From an uncultured Candidatus Rokubacteria bacterium (GTDB lineage Bacteria > Methylomirabilota > Methylomirabilia > Rokubacteriales > DASRDR01): a stretch of DNA of 64,000 nucleotides. Within the stretch, counting starts at the first letter, position 1. Every line of letters starts with the position of its first letter. Made by a program: the position numbers and the translations under genes. The stretch is from positions 192,001-256,000 of the forward strand of contig CAWDVE010000016.1 in the NCBI GenBank assembly GCA_963805625.1, read 5' to 3'. The notes beneath the pieces are model-generated. The model worked only from the letters and a program-made list of their open reading frames with translations. It searched no databases and had not been told where the DNA came from. This document shows positions 29,103 through 37,986 of this stretch, in pieces.

Positions 29103-30337
29103 CCGCGCTCCTCTCGCACCTCGGCCACGGCCTGGCACACGTAGGCCACCTCGGCCTCCGTGAGGGTCGCGCCCGAGGGCAGGTAGAACCCACGCTGGCA
29201 GAGCTCCTCAGCCACCGGGAAGCGTTGCCCGCGGAACAGTTCATAGTAGATCGGCTGCAAGTGGATGGGAATGAAGAACGTGCGGGTCTCGATCCCCCGG
29301 CGGGCGAGGCGTTGCCGTAGCTCGTCCCGGGAGATCCCGAACGCGTCCTCGACGACGACCCCGTACATCCAGTAGACGTTCTTGGCCCAGGGTCGTTCCA
29401 CCGGCAGCGTGAGCCCGGGGATCCGCTTGAGCCGCGCCGAGTAGCGCGCGGCGTTCGCGCGGCGGATCTGCACGAACTCCTCCAGGCGTTCGGTCTGGGC
29501 GAGCCCCACGGCGGCCTGCATGTTGCTCATCCGGTAGTTGAACCCGAGGTACTTGTGCCAGAAGTGCCGATCGTCTGAGAAGGCGTGGTCGCGGAGCCGG
29601 CGCCCGAGGCGCGCGATCTCGGGGTCGTTGGTCGTGACCATCCCCCCCTCGCCCGTGGTGATGATCTTGTTCGCGTAGAAGGAAAAGGAAGCCGCCTGGC
29701 CGATGCTCCCGGCGGGCCGGCCCCGGTAGGTCGCGCCGTGGGCCTCCGCGGCATCCTCGAGGACCCACAGGCCCCGGCGCTCGGCCAGCTCCATGACCGG
29801 GTCCATGTCGACGGGGTGGCCGTAGGTGTGGACGACGATGATGCCCTTCGTCCGGGGCGTGATGGCGCTTTCGAACCGCGCCGTGTCGGGGTTCCACGTG
29901 TCGCGCTCCGAGTCGACCAGCACCGGCGTGGCGCCCGTGTAGCGGACGGCGTTCGCCGTGGCGATCATGGTGAAGGCGGGCAGGACGACCTCGTCACCAG
30001 GCCCGAGGCCGAAGGTCACCAGGGCGAGATGGAGCGACGTGGTCCCGTTCGAGCAGGCGACCCCATACCGGCACCCGACCATCTGAGCGAAGGTGTCCTC
30101 AAACTCCCGGACGAAGCGGCCGGCCGAGGAGATCCAGTTCGACTGGATGCACTGGGTGAGATAGCGCAGCTCGTTGCCGTCCAGGCGCGGGTCCGAGACG
30201 GGGATGATCCGGCGGGTCAGGGCCTCCTCCACGACCGGGATGCGGGGGAGGCGGACCTCCAGCGCCGGCTCGGGCCCCGGCACGATCTTCGAGAGCTCGG
30301 CCATGATGTTCTCGGGCAGGCGGGTCTCTTCGATCAC
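29099..30337 (-). CDS. Second perosamine-synthase-like DegT aminotransferase
   Basis: GTG start after GGAGG; SNWISSAG, EDAAEAHGA, SFYANKIITTGEGGM, GFNYRMSN. Confidence 0.9.
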   Translation of the reverse strand: MIEETRLPENIMAELSKIVPGPEPALEVRLPRIPVVEEALTRRIIPVSDPRLDGNELRYLTQCIQSNWISSAGRFVREFEDTFAQMVGCRYGVACSNGTTSLHLALVTFGLGPGDEVVLPAFTMIATANAVRYTGATPVLVDSERDTWNPDTARFESAITPRTKGIIVVHTYGHPVDMDPVMELAERRGLWVLEDAAEAHGATYRGRPAGSIGQAASFSFYANKIITTGEGGMVTTNDPEIARLGRRLRDHAFSDDRHFWHKYLGFNYRMSNMQAAVGLAQTERLEEFVQIRRANAARYSARLKRIPGLTLPVERPWAKNVYWMYGVVVEDAFGISRDELRQRLARRGIETRTFFIPIHLQPIYYELFRGQRFPVAEELCQRGFYLPSGATLTEAEVAYVCQAVAEVREERG

Positions 30338-31059
30338 GGCCGGTCCTCCTCGGTGCGGCTCTCGCGTCGCAGCCGCCGGATGGTTTGGGCGTAGCGGAAT
30401 CCCAGGGCCGCGAACCGGCGAAGGCTCGGGCTGGTCTTGGTCGTGCCCGCGCGGCGCTCCACGCATGCGTAGGGCACCTCGACCACCCGGAGGCCCTGGC
30501 GGCACGCCCGGTGCAAAAAGTCGATGCAGTAGTCACCGTAGACGTGGTCCGCGCGGATGGGCACGCGCTCGAGCGCCGACCGCCGGGCCGCCACGAAGCC
30601 GGAGGTCCAGTCGCGGACCGGGCCCCCGAGCGCGAGCGTGCCGAAGGCGTTGATCGCCCGGGACGCGAGGATGCGCGCGGCGGAGTCCCGGGCGTCCCGG
30701 CCGCCGGCGGCGTAGCGCGAGGCGACGGCGACGTCGGCGTTCGCCGTCGCCGCCACGAGCGTCGGGATAACGCCAGCCGGCATCGAGCCGTCGGCGTCGA
30801 GCCACACCACCACGTCGCCCCGCGTGTCCGCGATGCCCTCGGCGATGGCCGAGGGGAGCCCGCGGCGGCCCACCCGGCGAAGGGCGCGCGCGCGCCGGTC
30901 TCCGGCAAAGGCGGTCTCGACCGCCTCCCAGGTGCGGTCCGGGGAGTCGTCGTCCACGACCAGCACCTCGACGTCGCCAACCAGGTCGAGGATCTCGCCG
31001 ACCACGCCGACGATGACGTCGCGCTCGTTGTACGTGGGCAGGACCACCGAGGCCGTCAC
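30334..31059 (-). CDS. GT2 polyprenol-phosphate glycosyltransferase (DPM1-like)
   Basis: VVLPTYNE, VVDDDSPDRT, LDADGS, ASRY, DWTSGF. Confidence 0.85.
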   Translation of the reverse strand: MTASVVLPTYNERDVIVGVVGEILDLVGDVEVLVVDDDSPDRTWEAVETAFAGDRRARALRRVGRRGLPSAIAEGIADTRGDVVVWLDADGSMPAGVIPTLVAATANADVAVASRYAAGGRDARDSAARILASRAINAFGTLALGGPVRDWTSGFVAARRSALERVPIRADHVYGDYCIDFLHRACRQGLRVVEVPYACVERRAGTTKTSPSLRRFAALGFRYAQTIRRLRRESRTEEDRP

Positions 31060-31784
31060 GCCGCCGCCTTCCGTGCCACCAGCACGACCGAGCTGCCGAA
31101 GGGCAGCGGGCCCACGCGGAGGAGGGCCCGCTCGACCGCCTGCACTCCGAGGAGCGCAGTATTGAGCGGGCGAGGCAGCGGGAACACGTCCGAGCCGGCC
31201 GCGGCGCCGCGCCGGGCGAGGCGCACGGCCGCTACGACCGGGAAGACGAGGCAATAGGCGTACGAGGCGAGGACCGGCGTGAAGCCCGCGGCCCGGACTC
31301 GCTCGACGAGCTCGCGCCGCGTGTAGCGGCGGGCGCCGTGCACCGCCTCGTCGTGTGCCGAGCGGAGCCACTTGAAGGCCGAGTCGGTCACGAGCAGCAG
31401 GCCGCCGGGGCGCAGGACCCGGTGACATTCCCGGAGCACGTCGCTCTCCGAGACCACGTTCCGGTGGTAGAGCAGGTCGAGGCAGAGGCAGGCCGCGAAC
31501 GTGCCCTGGCGGAAGGGCAGCGCCTCGGCCCCGCTTCCGGCGAGGCGCGCGAGCCCGCGCCGCCGGGAGAGCTCGAGCGCGGCCGGGTCGGCGTCGACGC
31601 CGACCCAGGTACCCTGCCGGGCGAGGACGGCCAGCGTGCCGCCCGCCCCGCACCCCACGTCGAGACCCGGGCCGCCGAGGACGCCGTAGCGCCGCAGGAG
31701 CGAGAGGATCAGGGTGCGCTTCGAGCGGAACCACCAGTGCGTGTCCTCGAGATCGAAGTGCTCGGTGAAGACCTGCGCGTCCAT
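31056..31784 (-). CDS. Class I SAM-dependent methyltransferase
   Basis: EDTHWWF, LDVGCGAG, VLRPGG, HDEAVHGARRY; a type common in glycan loci. Confidence 0.88.
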   Translation of the reverse strand: MDAQVFTEHFDLEDTHWWFRSKRTLILSLLRRYGVLGGPGLDVGCGAGGTLAVLARQGTWVGVDADPAALELSRRRGLARLAGSGAEALPFRQGTFAACLCLDLLYHRNVVSESDVLRECHRVLRPGGLLLVTDSAFKWLRSAHDEAVHGARRYTRRELVERVRAAGFTPVLASYAYCLVFPVVAAVRLARRGAAAGSDVFPLPRPLNTALLGVQAVERALLRVGPLPFGSSVVLVARKAAA

Positions 31785-31825
31785 CGGTCATGCCACCCGG
31801 CGGCCGCGCGCCGCGCCAGCCGGGC

Positions 31826-33031
31826 TCATGCCGCGCCTCCGCCGAAGACCTGCCCCACGAAGTCGAGGTACTGGCGTGTGATGCCCGGCCAGCGGTAGCG
31901 CGCCTCGACGTAGGCCCGGCCGCGCTCGCCGAGCGTCTTGCGGAGAGGCTCGTCGCCGAGCAGCGAGGCGGCGACCTCGCCAAAGTCGCCCGGCGCCCGG
32001 TCGTAGAGGAGGCCCGCGCCCGAGCGCTCGACGTGGCCCCGGAGCACGGGGGAGCGCGTGGTCGCCAGGACCGGGGTGCCCTGCGACCACGCCTCGAGGA
32101 TCACGAAGGAGAAGCTCTCGTGCGACGAGGGCATCACGAGCGCCGTCGCCCCGGCAATCGCATCGTGCTTCTCGGCCTCGGGGCGGAAACCGAGGGCGCG
32201 CACGGCTGGATGGCGTGGGACCTTCAGCGCGACCGTTCCCATGAGGACCAGCGTCGCCGGCTCGGCGGCTCGCTCGCGCCAGGCGAGGAACGCGTCGACG
32301 AGCGCCCGGCAGCCCTTCTCGACGTCCACTCGGCCGACGTAGAGGAAGTAGGGGCCTTCGAGCCCGTGCTGGCGCCGGAACCGCGCCGCGTCGGCGTCCG
32401 TGACCGGGTCGATCCCTGCGCCGATGACCGCGGACGGGAGATGCTCCGTGTGGAAGCGCCCTTCGACGAAGGCCCGCTCCTCCTCCACCTGGAAGATCAG
32501 GCCGCGCGGGATCCGGAAGAGACTCCGGAAGAGGTCGAGGTAGATCGGCCGCTCGTCGTGGGCGGTCGGCACGAGGACGGCTTTGTGGGCGACCAGCGGC
32601 AGACCGAGCGTCGTCGGGAGGTAGAGGTACGTGTAGAAGAGGAAGCCGTCGTGATCGTCGGCGTGGGCGCGGATCCACTCGACCAGGAGCGGCGTCAGCG
32701 GGCCTTGTCGCCGGACCCACTCCGCCTCGTCGAAGAACGTGTGCGGCGTGGCATAGAGCCAGTCCGCGTAGCGGCCGAACGCGCGCACGCGGCGCGGACG
32801 GTCCACGGGGAAGCGGCGGATGCGGACGCCGTTGACCGTCTCCATGCCCGGTGGGTAGACGTTCCGCCAGGTGAGGTAGTCCCGCGCGCAGGTGGTCAGC
32901 ACCTCGACGTCGTGGTGGGGCGCGAGCACCTCCGCGACGCGCCGGCACTCGTACTCGGCCCCCCCGTCGATCTCCGGGCCGTAGCGCTGCACCACGAAGG
33001 CGAGCCGGAGCCGGGTCCGCGGATCTATCAC
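31826..33031 (-). CDS. Glycosyltransferase family 4
   Basis: FVVQRYG..GGAE, YVGR...KG, ESFSFVILEAW. Confidence 0.9.
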   Translation of the reverse strand: MIDPRTRLRLAFVVQRYGPEIDGGAEYECRRVAEVLAPHHDVEVLTTCARDYLTWRNVYPPGMETVNGVRIRRFPVDRPRRVRAFGRYADWLYATPHTFFDEAEWVRRQGPLTPLLVEWIRAHADDHDGFLFYTYLYLPTTLGLPLVAHKAVLVPTAHDERPIYLDLFRSLFRIPRGLIFQVEEERAFVEGRFHTEHLPSAVIGAGIDPVTDADAARFRRQHGLEGPYFLYVGRVDVEKGCRALVDAFLAWRERAAEPATLVLMGTVALKVPRHPAVRALGFRPEAEKHDAIAGATALVMPSSHESFSFVILEAWSQGTPVLATTRSPVLRGHVERSGAGLLYDRAPGDFGEVAASLLGDEPLRKTLGERGRAYVEARYRWPGITRQYLDFVGQVFGGGAA

Positions 33032-34122
33032 CGGAGCGCCTCCGCGCTGGCCAGGGTCTCGAGGTGCTCGCGCAAGGTGGCCCCGATCGTGTCGGCGTCG
33101 AACGCCCGGAGCCGGGCGCGCTGCCCGGCGACGACGGCGGCGCGAACCGCCGGGTCGTGGACGACCCGGTGGACCAGCTCGGCAATTGCCGGGAAGTCCT
33201 TCTCCTGGACCAGGAGCCCGGCGTCGCCCATCGTGCCCGGGACGCCGGCGGCGGCGTACGCGACCACGGGCACGTCGAAGTGCATGGCCTCGAGGAGTGG
33301 CACGCAGAAGCCCTCGTGCTCGGAGAGGCAGAGGTAGGCCGACGCGAGGCGGTAGTGGGTGCAGAGCTCCGCCTGCGACACGGTACCGGCGAACACCACG
33401 TGGTCGAGAAGGCCCAGCTCCGCGCAGAGCTTCTGGCAGCCGGCGAGGTAGGTCTCGGTGTCCACCGCCGAGCCGACGACGATCAGCCGGCTCTCCGAGT
33501 CGAGCCGCCGGTAGAAGTAGTACGCCTTGATGAGGTCCTCCACGCGCTTGTTCGGGGCGAGACGACCCACGAACAAGAGGTTCGTCCCGCGCCCGTACGC
33601 TTCCTCGAGCGCCCGCACCGGGGGAAGGGCGTACTGCTCCCAGTCGACCAGGATCGGCAAGACCCCGGTTCGCCGGAAGCCCGCGCTCTCGAGCTCCTGT
33701 CGGTTGAACTCCGAGACGCCGAGGGCGAGCTCGGTCACGCTCCGGAGCCGCGCGAGCTCCCAGCGCCCGCGTCGGCAGCGGTCCGCGACGCGCGCGTTGA
33801 CCCCGACGAAGTACTCGGGCGGGGTGATGTTGTGGTAGACGATGGCGCGCCGGTCTGGCAGGCCCGCGAAGAAGCTGGTGACCTCCGAGCCGATCGAGAA
33901 GTGGAAGAGCACCACCGTGTCGGGCGAGGACACCGCCCGGTACGTCGTGTAGAAGTGGGCGTCCTTCAGGAGGCTCATGTGACGGTACTGCGCGTACACG
34001 TCGGAGGCATAGCCCCAGCTTCGGAGGAGCCGGCGGAGAGCCCGGACGTGGTTCCCGATGGCATCCCCCACGTCGAAGTTCGACACCAACTGGTGGACGG
34101 CCCGGAAGGGCGGGCGCGTCAC
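33028..34122 (-). CDS. Glycosyltransferase family 4
   Basis: GDAIGNH, YHNITPP, FVGRLAPNK, SEHEGFCVPLLEAM. Confidence 0.9.
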   Translation of the reverse strand: MTRPPFRAVHQLVSNFDVGDAIGNHVRALRRLLRSWGYASDVYAQYRHMSLLKDAHFYTTYRAVSSPDTVVLFHFSIGSEVTSFFAGLPDRRAIVYHNITPPEYFVGVNARVADRCRRGRWELARLRSVTELALGVSEFNRQELESAGFRRTGVLPILVDWEQYALPPVRALEEAYGRGTNLLFVGRLAPNKRVEDLIKAYYFYRRLDSESRLIVVGSAVDTETYLAGCQKLCAELGLLDHVVFAGTVSQAELCTHYRLASAYLCLSEHEGFCVPLLEAMHFDVPVVAYAAAGVPGTMGDAGLLVQEKDFPAIAELVHRVVHDPAVRAAVVAGQRARLRAFDADTIGATLREHLETLASAEALR

Positions 34123-35312
34123 GGGAGCCGCGCTCCCACCCGGCGGAGGACGGCCACGTAGTTGTCCGTGACCCGGTCCCATGTGTAGTTGGCGAGGACG
34201 TACACGCGCCCGGCCTCGCCCATCCGCTGGCGGAGGGCCTCGTCCCGGGCCAGGAGCTCCAGCGCCTCGACGAACTCGAAGTAGTCCTCGAAGAAGAGGC
34301 CCCCGTTCGACGCGAGGCAGTGGTCGCGCGTCACGGCGCACCGCCCGTGGACGAGCGAGGGGGCGCCGGCCAGCCACGCCTCCATCATGACGAGCGAGAA
34401 GCTCTCGAGGAGCGACGGCTGGCAGAGCGCTAAGGCGGCCGCGTAGGCGTCCGCCTTGTCCTGCAGGGGAATGAACCCGAGGTCGAGGATGTCGGCGGAC
34501 AGGCGCCCCGGGATGCGCACGCCCCCCGAGCCGATCAGCACGAGCTTCAATCGGCTCCCGGGATGCGTGAGCTTGTAGCGGGCGAAGTACTCGACCAGGA
34601 GCGGCGTGTTCTTCTCCGCCGCCTTCCGGCCGGCGTAGAGGATGAAGGGGTCGAGCACCCGGTGCGTTCGCCGGAACCGGGCACCGTCGCCCGGCGGCGG
34701 GGCGTCGACGCCCTCGCCGACCAGGTGGAAGCGCTCCGCGCCGGCGCCGGCCAGGCTCTCCGCCAGCGCGCGTTCCGCGGGCACGTGGAAGCAGACGGCG
34801 CGGACCGCGCGCAGGATGCGGCGCGTCCACTTCAGCTGGGCGAACGGCTCGTCGTGGAGGCACGGGATCAGGAGCGAGCGCTCCGGCGCCACCAGCGCGC
34901 CCTCCCAGGTGGTGCCGAAGCAGTACGGGATGAACGCATACCAGTACCGGTCGCGCTCGCCGCCCAGGTACGCGTAGAGGTCGTTCGAGTTGACCGATTC
35001 CCGGACGAAGTCCTCTTCCTCGAACGAGGTGAGCGTCCCGCCGTGGTTCAAGCGCCACTGGAGCCTGCCGTACCGCTCGGGGTCGCGCGGCCGGACCTTG
35101 AAGCGGCGCACGACGAAGCCGTCCTCCTCGGTCACGCCGTCCGGGTGGTGATCGGCCCAGGGCGACGCGTGGTCGCGCGCGCAGGTCGTGAGGATCTCGA
35201 CGGGGACGCCCCGATCCCGGAGCGCCCGCGCCGTGGCGCGGCACTCGGCCTCGGCGCCGCCCGGGATGTCCCGCCCGTACCAGGGAGTGACGAAGGCGAG
35301 GGTGTCAGGCAA
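34119..35312 (-). CDS. Glycosyltransferase family 4
   Basis: FVTPWYG..GGAE, PCLHDE, ESFSLVMMEAW. Confidence 0.9.
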   Translation of the reverse strand: MPDTLAFVTPWYGRDIPGGAEAECRATARALRDRGVPVEILTTCARDHASPWADHHPDGVTEEDGFVVRRFKVRPRDPERYGRLQWRLNHGGTLTSFEEEDFVRESVNSNDLYAYLGGERDRYWYAFIPYCFGTTWEGALVAPERSLLIPCLHDEPFAQLKWTRRILRAVRAVCFHVPAERALAESLAGAGAERFHLVGEGVDAPPPGDGARFRRTHRVLDPFILYAGRKAAEKNTPLLVEYFARYKLTHPGSRLKLVLIGSGGVRIPGRLSADILDLGFIPLQDKADAYAAALALCQPSLLESFSLVMMEAWLAGAPSLVHGRCAVTRDHCLASNGGLFFEDYFEFVEALELLARDEALRQRMGEAGRVYVLANYTWDRVTDNYVAVLRRVGARLP

Positions 35313-36552
35313 CGAGGCGCTCCAGGGTCTCGTGAAGGCGTGCGGTCACCGCAGGCCAGCTGTACGTGGCCTCGACGTAGGCCCGGCCCTGGTCGGCGAG
35401 ACGACGTCGCCGCTCGGGGTCCTCGAGGAGGAGGTCGAGCGCCTCGGCGAACTCGTAGAAGTCCTCGAAGGCGAGGCCGCCTCCGGAGCTCAGGACGTGG
35501 TGTGTCGTGACCGCGCAGCGCGCGTTGACGAGGACCGGCGTTCTCGCGAGCCAGGCTTCCATCAGGACGATCGAGAAGGACTCGTTGACGGATGGCTGGC
35601 ACACCAGCGTGGCGGCCGCGTAGGCCGCCGCCTTGGCGGCGGCGTCGAGGTAGCCCAGGTCCCGCACCCCCGGGGTGCCCGGCGGCACGGTGACCGGGCC
35701 GTCGCCGGCGAGCACGAGCGTCAGGTCGGAGCCCCGGACGGCGCGGTAGCGGAGGGCGTACTCGATGAGAAGCGGGACGTTCTTGCCCGTCTCCTTCCGG
35801 CCGAGGTAGAAGAGCAGCGGCCCCTCGAGACCGTGGCGCCGGCGCAGCGGCGCCGGGTCGGCGGGCGACGGCGGATCGAACCCGAGGCCTACGACGCCGG
35901 CCGGGCGGTCGCCGATCCCATAGAGCTTCTCGGCCAGCGCGGCCTCGGGCGGCGAGTTGAAGATGAAGCCCCGGCAGGCCTGGAACGCCTCCCGGACGAC
36001 GCCGAGGTGGGCGAACGGCTCGTCGTGAAGGCACGGGATCAGGACAGCCCGTCCGGGGACGAGCGGCACGCCGCGGAGCGTCGTTCCGAAGAGGTACGGG
36101 GCGAAGCACACGAGGTCGTAGTCACCCTGTCGACGGGTGAGGTGGTCGAAGAGCTCCGTGCTCCCCACGGACTCCTCCACCCAGCGGGCCTCCTCCTTCG
36201 GGCGGAGCCGCGAGCCCCGCAGGATGCGCTGCTGGAGCCAGGCGTGCCGGCGCGTGTCGCGGAGCCGCACCGGGAAGCGGCGGACCATCACGCCCGCCTC
36301 GCGGCTCGCGCCGGCGGGGAGCACGTTCTTCCACGAGAGGTGATCCCGCGCGCAGGTCGTCAGCACCTCGACGGCGCTGCCGGAGGCGGCGAGGTGCTCG
36401 GCGAGTCCGCGGACGAGCGTCTCGGCGCCCCCGACCATGTCGGCGCCGTAGCGAGGCACGACGAACGCGAGCCGGGGCCCGCGGCCTGGCGTCGCGCGCC
36501 CGGCGTCGCGCACGGCGGGCGTCGGGCGCGCCCACCCGAGGAGCCGTCTCAC
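35305..36552 (-). CDS. Glycosyltransferase family 4
   Basis: FVVPRYG..GGAE, PCLHDE, ESFSIVLMEAW. Confidence 0.9.
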   Translation of the reverse strand: MRRLLGWARPTPAVRDAGRATPGRGPRLAFVVPRYGADMVGGAETLVRGLAEHLAASGSAVEVLTTCARDHLSWKNVLPAGASREAGVMVRRFPVRLRDTRRHAWLQQRILRGSRLRPKEEARWVEESVGSTELFDHLTRRQGDYDLVCFAPYLFGTTLRGVPLVPGRAVLIPCLHDEPFAHLGVVREAFQACRGFIFNSPPEAALAEKLYGIGDRPAGVVGLGFDPPSPADPAPLRRRHGLEGPLLFYLGRKETGKNVPLLIEYALRYRAVRGSDLTLVLAGDGPVTVPPGTPGVRDLGYLDAAAKAAAYAAATLVCQPSVNESFSIVLMEAWLARTPVLVNARCAVTTHHVLSSGGGLAFEDFYEFAEALDLLLEDPERRRRLADQGRAYVEATYSWPAVTARLHETLERLVA

Positions 36553-37889
36553 GGGCGCCGCCCGATCACGGCGTAGTCCTGCGCGCCCCACAGGAGCTGG
36601 TTCAGGCGCTCGAAGTTGTCGTTGATCTGGCTCAGGAAGACTTCTTCGTAGCGGCGCATGTACCAGAAAGGCTCGAGCCGCTGGAGCTTCCCGTCGGGCG
36701 GCACCGGGTTCACGTACCGGATCTCGACGTCCCGGAACCCCGCGGCCTCCAGCACGAAGCGCGCCGCCTCGGGATGGATGGGCTTCAGATGCGAGAGGTC
36801 GACGTAGAACGCGCCGGAGAAGATGGTGAGGCACGCCGGGTTCGGCGTCTCGCAGAGCAGCACCCCGCCCGGCCGGAGCTTCCGGTGGGCCAGCCGCACG
36901 AGGGCGATCAGCGCCTCGGGCGGGATGTGCTCGATCACCTGGGCCGAGAAGATGCCGCCGAGCCCGCCGTCCGGTTCCGCGTCCAGGTAGGCGATCGCGT
37001 CCGCCTGCTCGGCGGCCAGGCCGGCCTCCCGGCACCGCGCCACCATCGCCGCGTCGACGTCGATGCCGCGGGCCTCGATGCCCGCCTCGCGGCACAGCTC
37101 GAGGAACTCACCCCGCCCGCACCCCACGTCGAGCACGTGGCCCGCACCGGTGAAGAGATCGAGGTAGGCGCGCTGGCGGTGACGGATCTCCTCGCGAGTC
37201 CCGCGGTGCCGATCCTCGAACTGAACGTAGGTGGTCGCGGGGAGCGCGCCAAGGCCCGACGGCACCGCCGGTGGGGGCGCGAGCTCCACCCCCGGGGCGC
37301 GCAGGCGCAGGCGCTCCATCTTGCTCCGGAGATCCTCCATGCGGGCCGTGAGGTCGCCGAGACGCTCGGCGACCTCACGCTCCTTCCGCTGACGCTCCCC
37401 GTGCTCGACCGTCAGTCGCTCCTGGAGGTCGAGGGACAGGTCCTCGTGCCGGCGGGTGAGGGTGGCCAGACCGTCACGAACCGGCAGGACGAAGGCGTTG
37501 AGGAGGTGGAGGAGGGCGCTGTTGAACTCGACCTGGCGGGCGAGGATCAGTGTGATGTATGGCCGGGTGACGCGCCGGAGGAGCTTCTTCGCTGCGACGA
37601 TGACCGCGCCGACCCCCGCGCGGTGGGACGCGATGACGGGCTCGGCGGCAGTGTCCCACCCGTCGTTGAGCTGCTCCAGGTGCTCCTCCAGTTCGTCCTG
37701 GAATGTCGGCGCGCTCTCCGCGAGCTCGATCTCCATCTGGGTGATGCGCCGGACCTCGTCCTCGGAGTAGAAGCCGGAGGCTCGCCGCTCCTGCACTCGC
37801 GTCTTGATCTCCTCCATGAGCCGGCCCGCGTCCACCGTTCCCTCGCTCGCGCGGCTGTCTTGCTGATGGCCCTCGGCCTGTGCGCTCAC
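36549..37889 (-). CDS. SAM methyltransferase with N-terminal coiled coil; putative glycan chain-terminating methyltransferase
   Basis: Heptad-rich N-terminal half; YVQFEDRHRG, LDVGCGRGEFL, QVIEH, ETPNP, FYVDLSH, QDYAVIGR; adjacent to wzt. Confidence 0.8.
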   Translation of the reverse strand: MSAQAEGHQQDSRASEGTVDAGRLMEEIKTRVQERRASGFYSEDEVRRITQMEIELAESAPTFQDELEEHLEQLNDGWDTAAEPVIASHRAGVGAVIVAAKKLLRRVTRPYITLILARQVEFNSALLHLLNAFVLPVRDGLATLTRRHEDLSLDLQERLTVEHGERQRKEREVAERLGDLTARMEDLRSKMERLRLRAPGVELAPPPAVPSGLGALPATTYVQFEDRHRGTREEIRHRQRAYLDLFTGAGHVLDVGCGRGEFLELCREAGIEARGIDVDAAMVARCREAGLAAEQADAIAYLDAEPDGGLGGIFSAQVIEHIPPEALIALVRLAHRKLRPGGVLLCETPNPACLTIFSGAFYVDLSHLKPIHPEAARFVLEAAGFRDVEIRYVNPVPPDGKLQRLEPFWYMRRYEEVFLSQINDNFERLNQLLWGAQDYAVIGRRP

Positions 37890-37986
37890 GAGGCCACTCC
37901 TGGCGAGCGAGTGTTCGGCGGACGGCCTCCAGCCTGTGGCGGACGGACCTGATCGGACGACCTTCGGCCTGTGGCGGCCTGTGGGC

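Noticed and set aside
37890-37986. Short repeats (GCCTGTGGCGG, GGCGGACGG) between wzt and the methyltransferase
   Set aside because: Only two or three short imperfect copies in GC-rich DNA; no regular spacing or spacers
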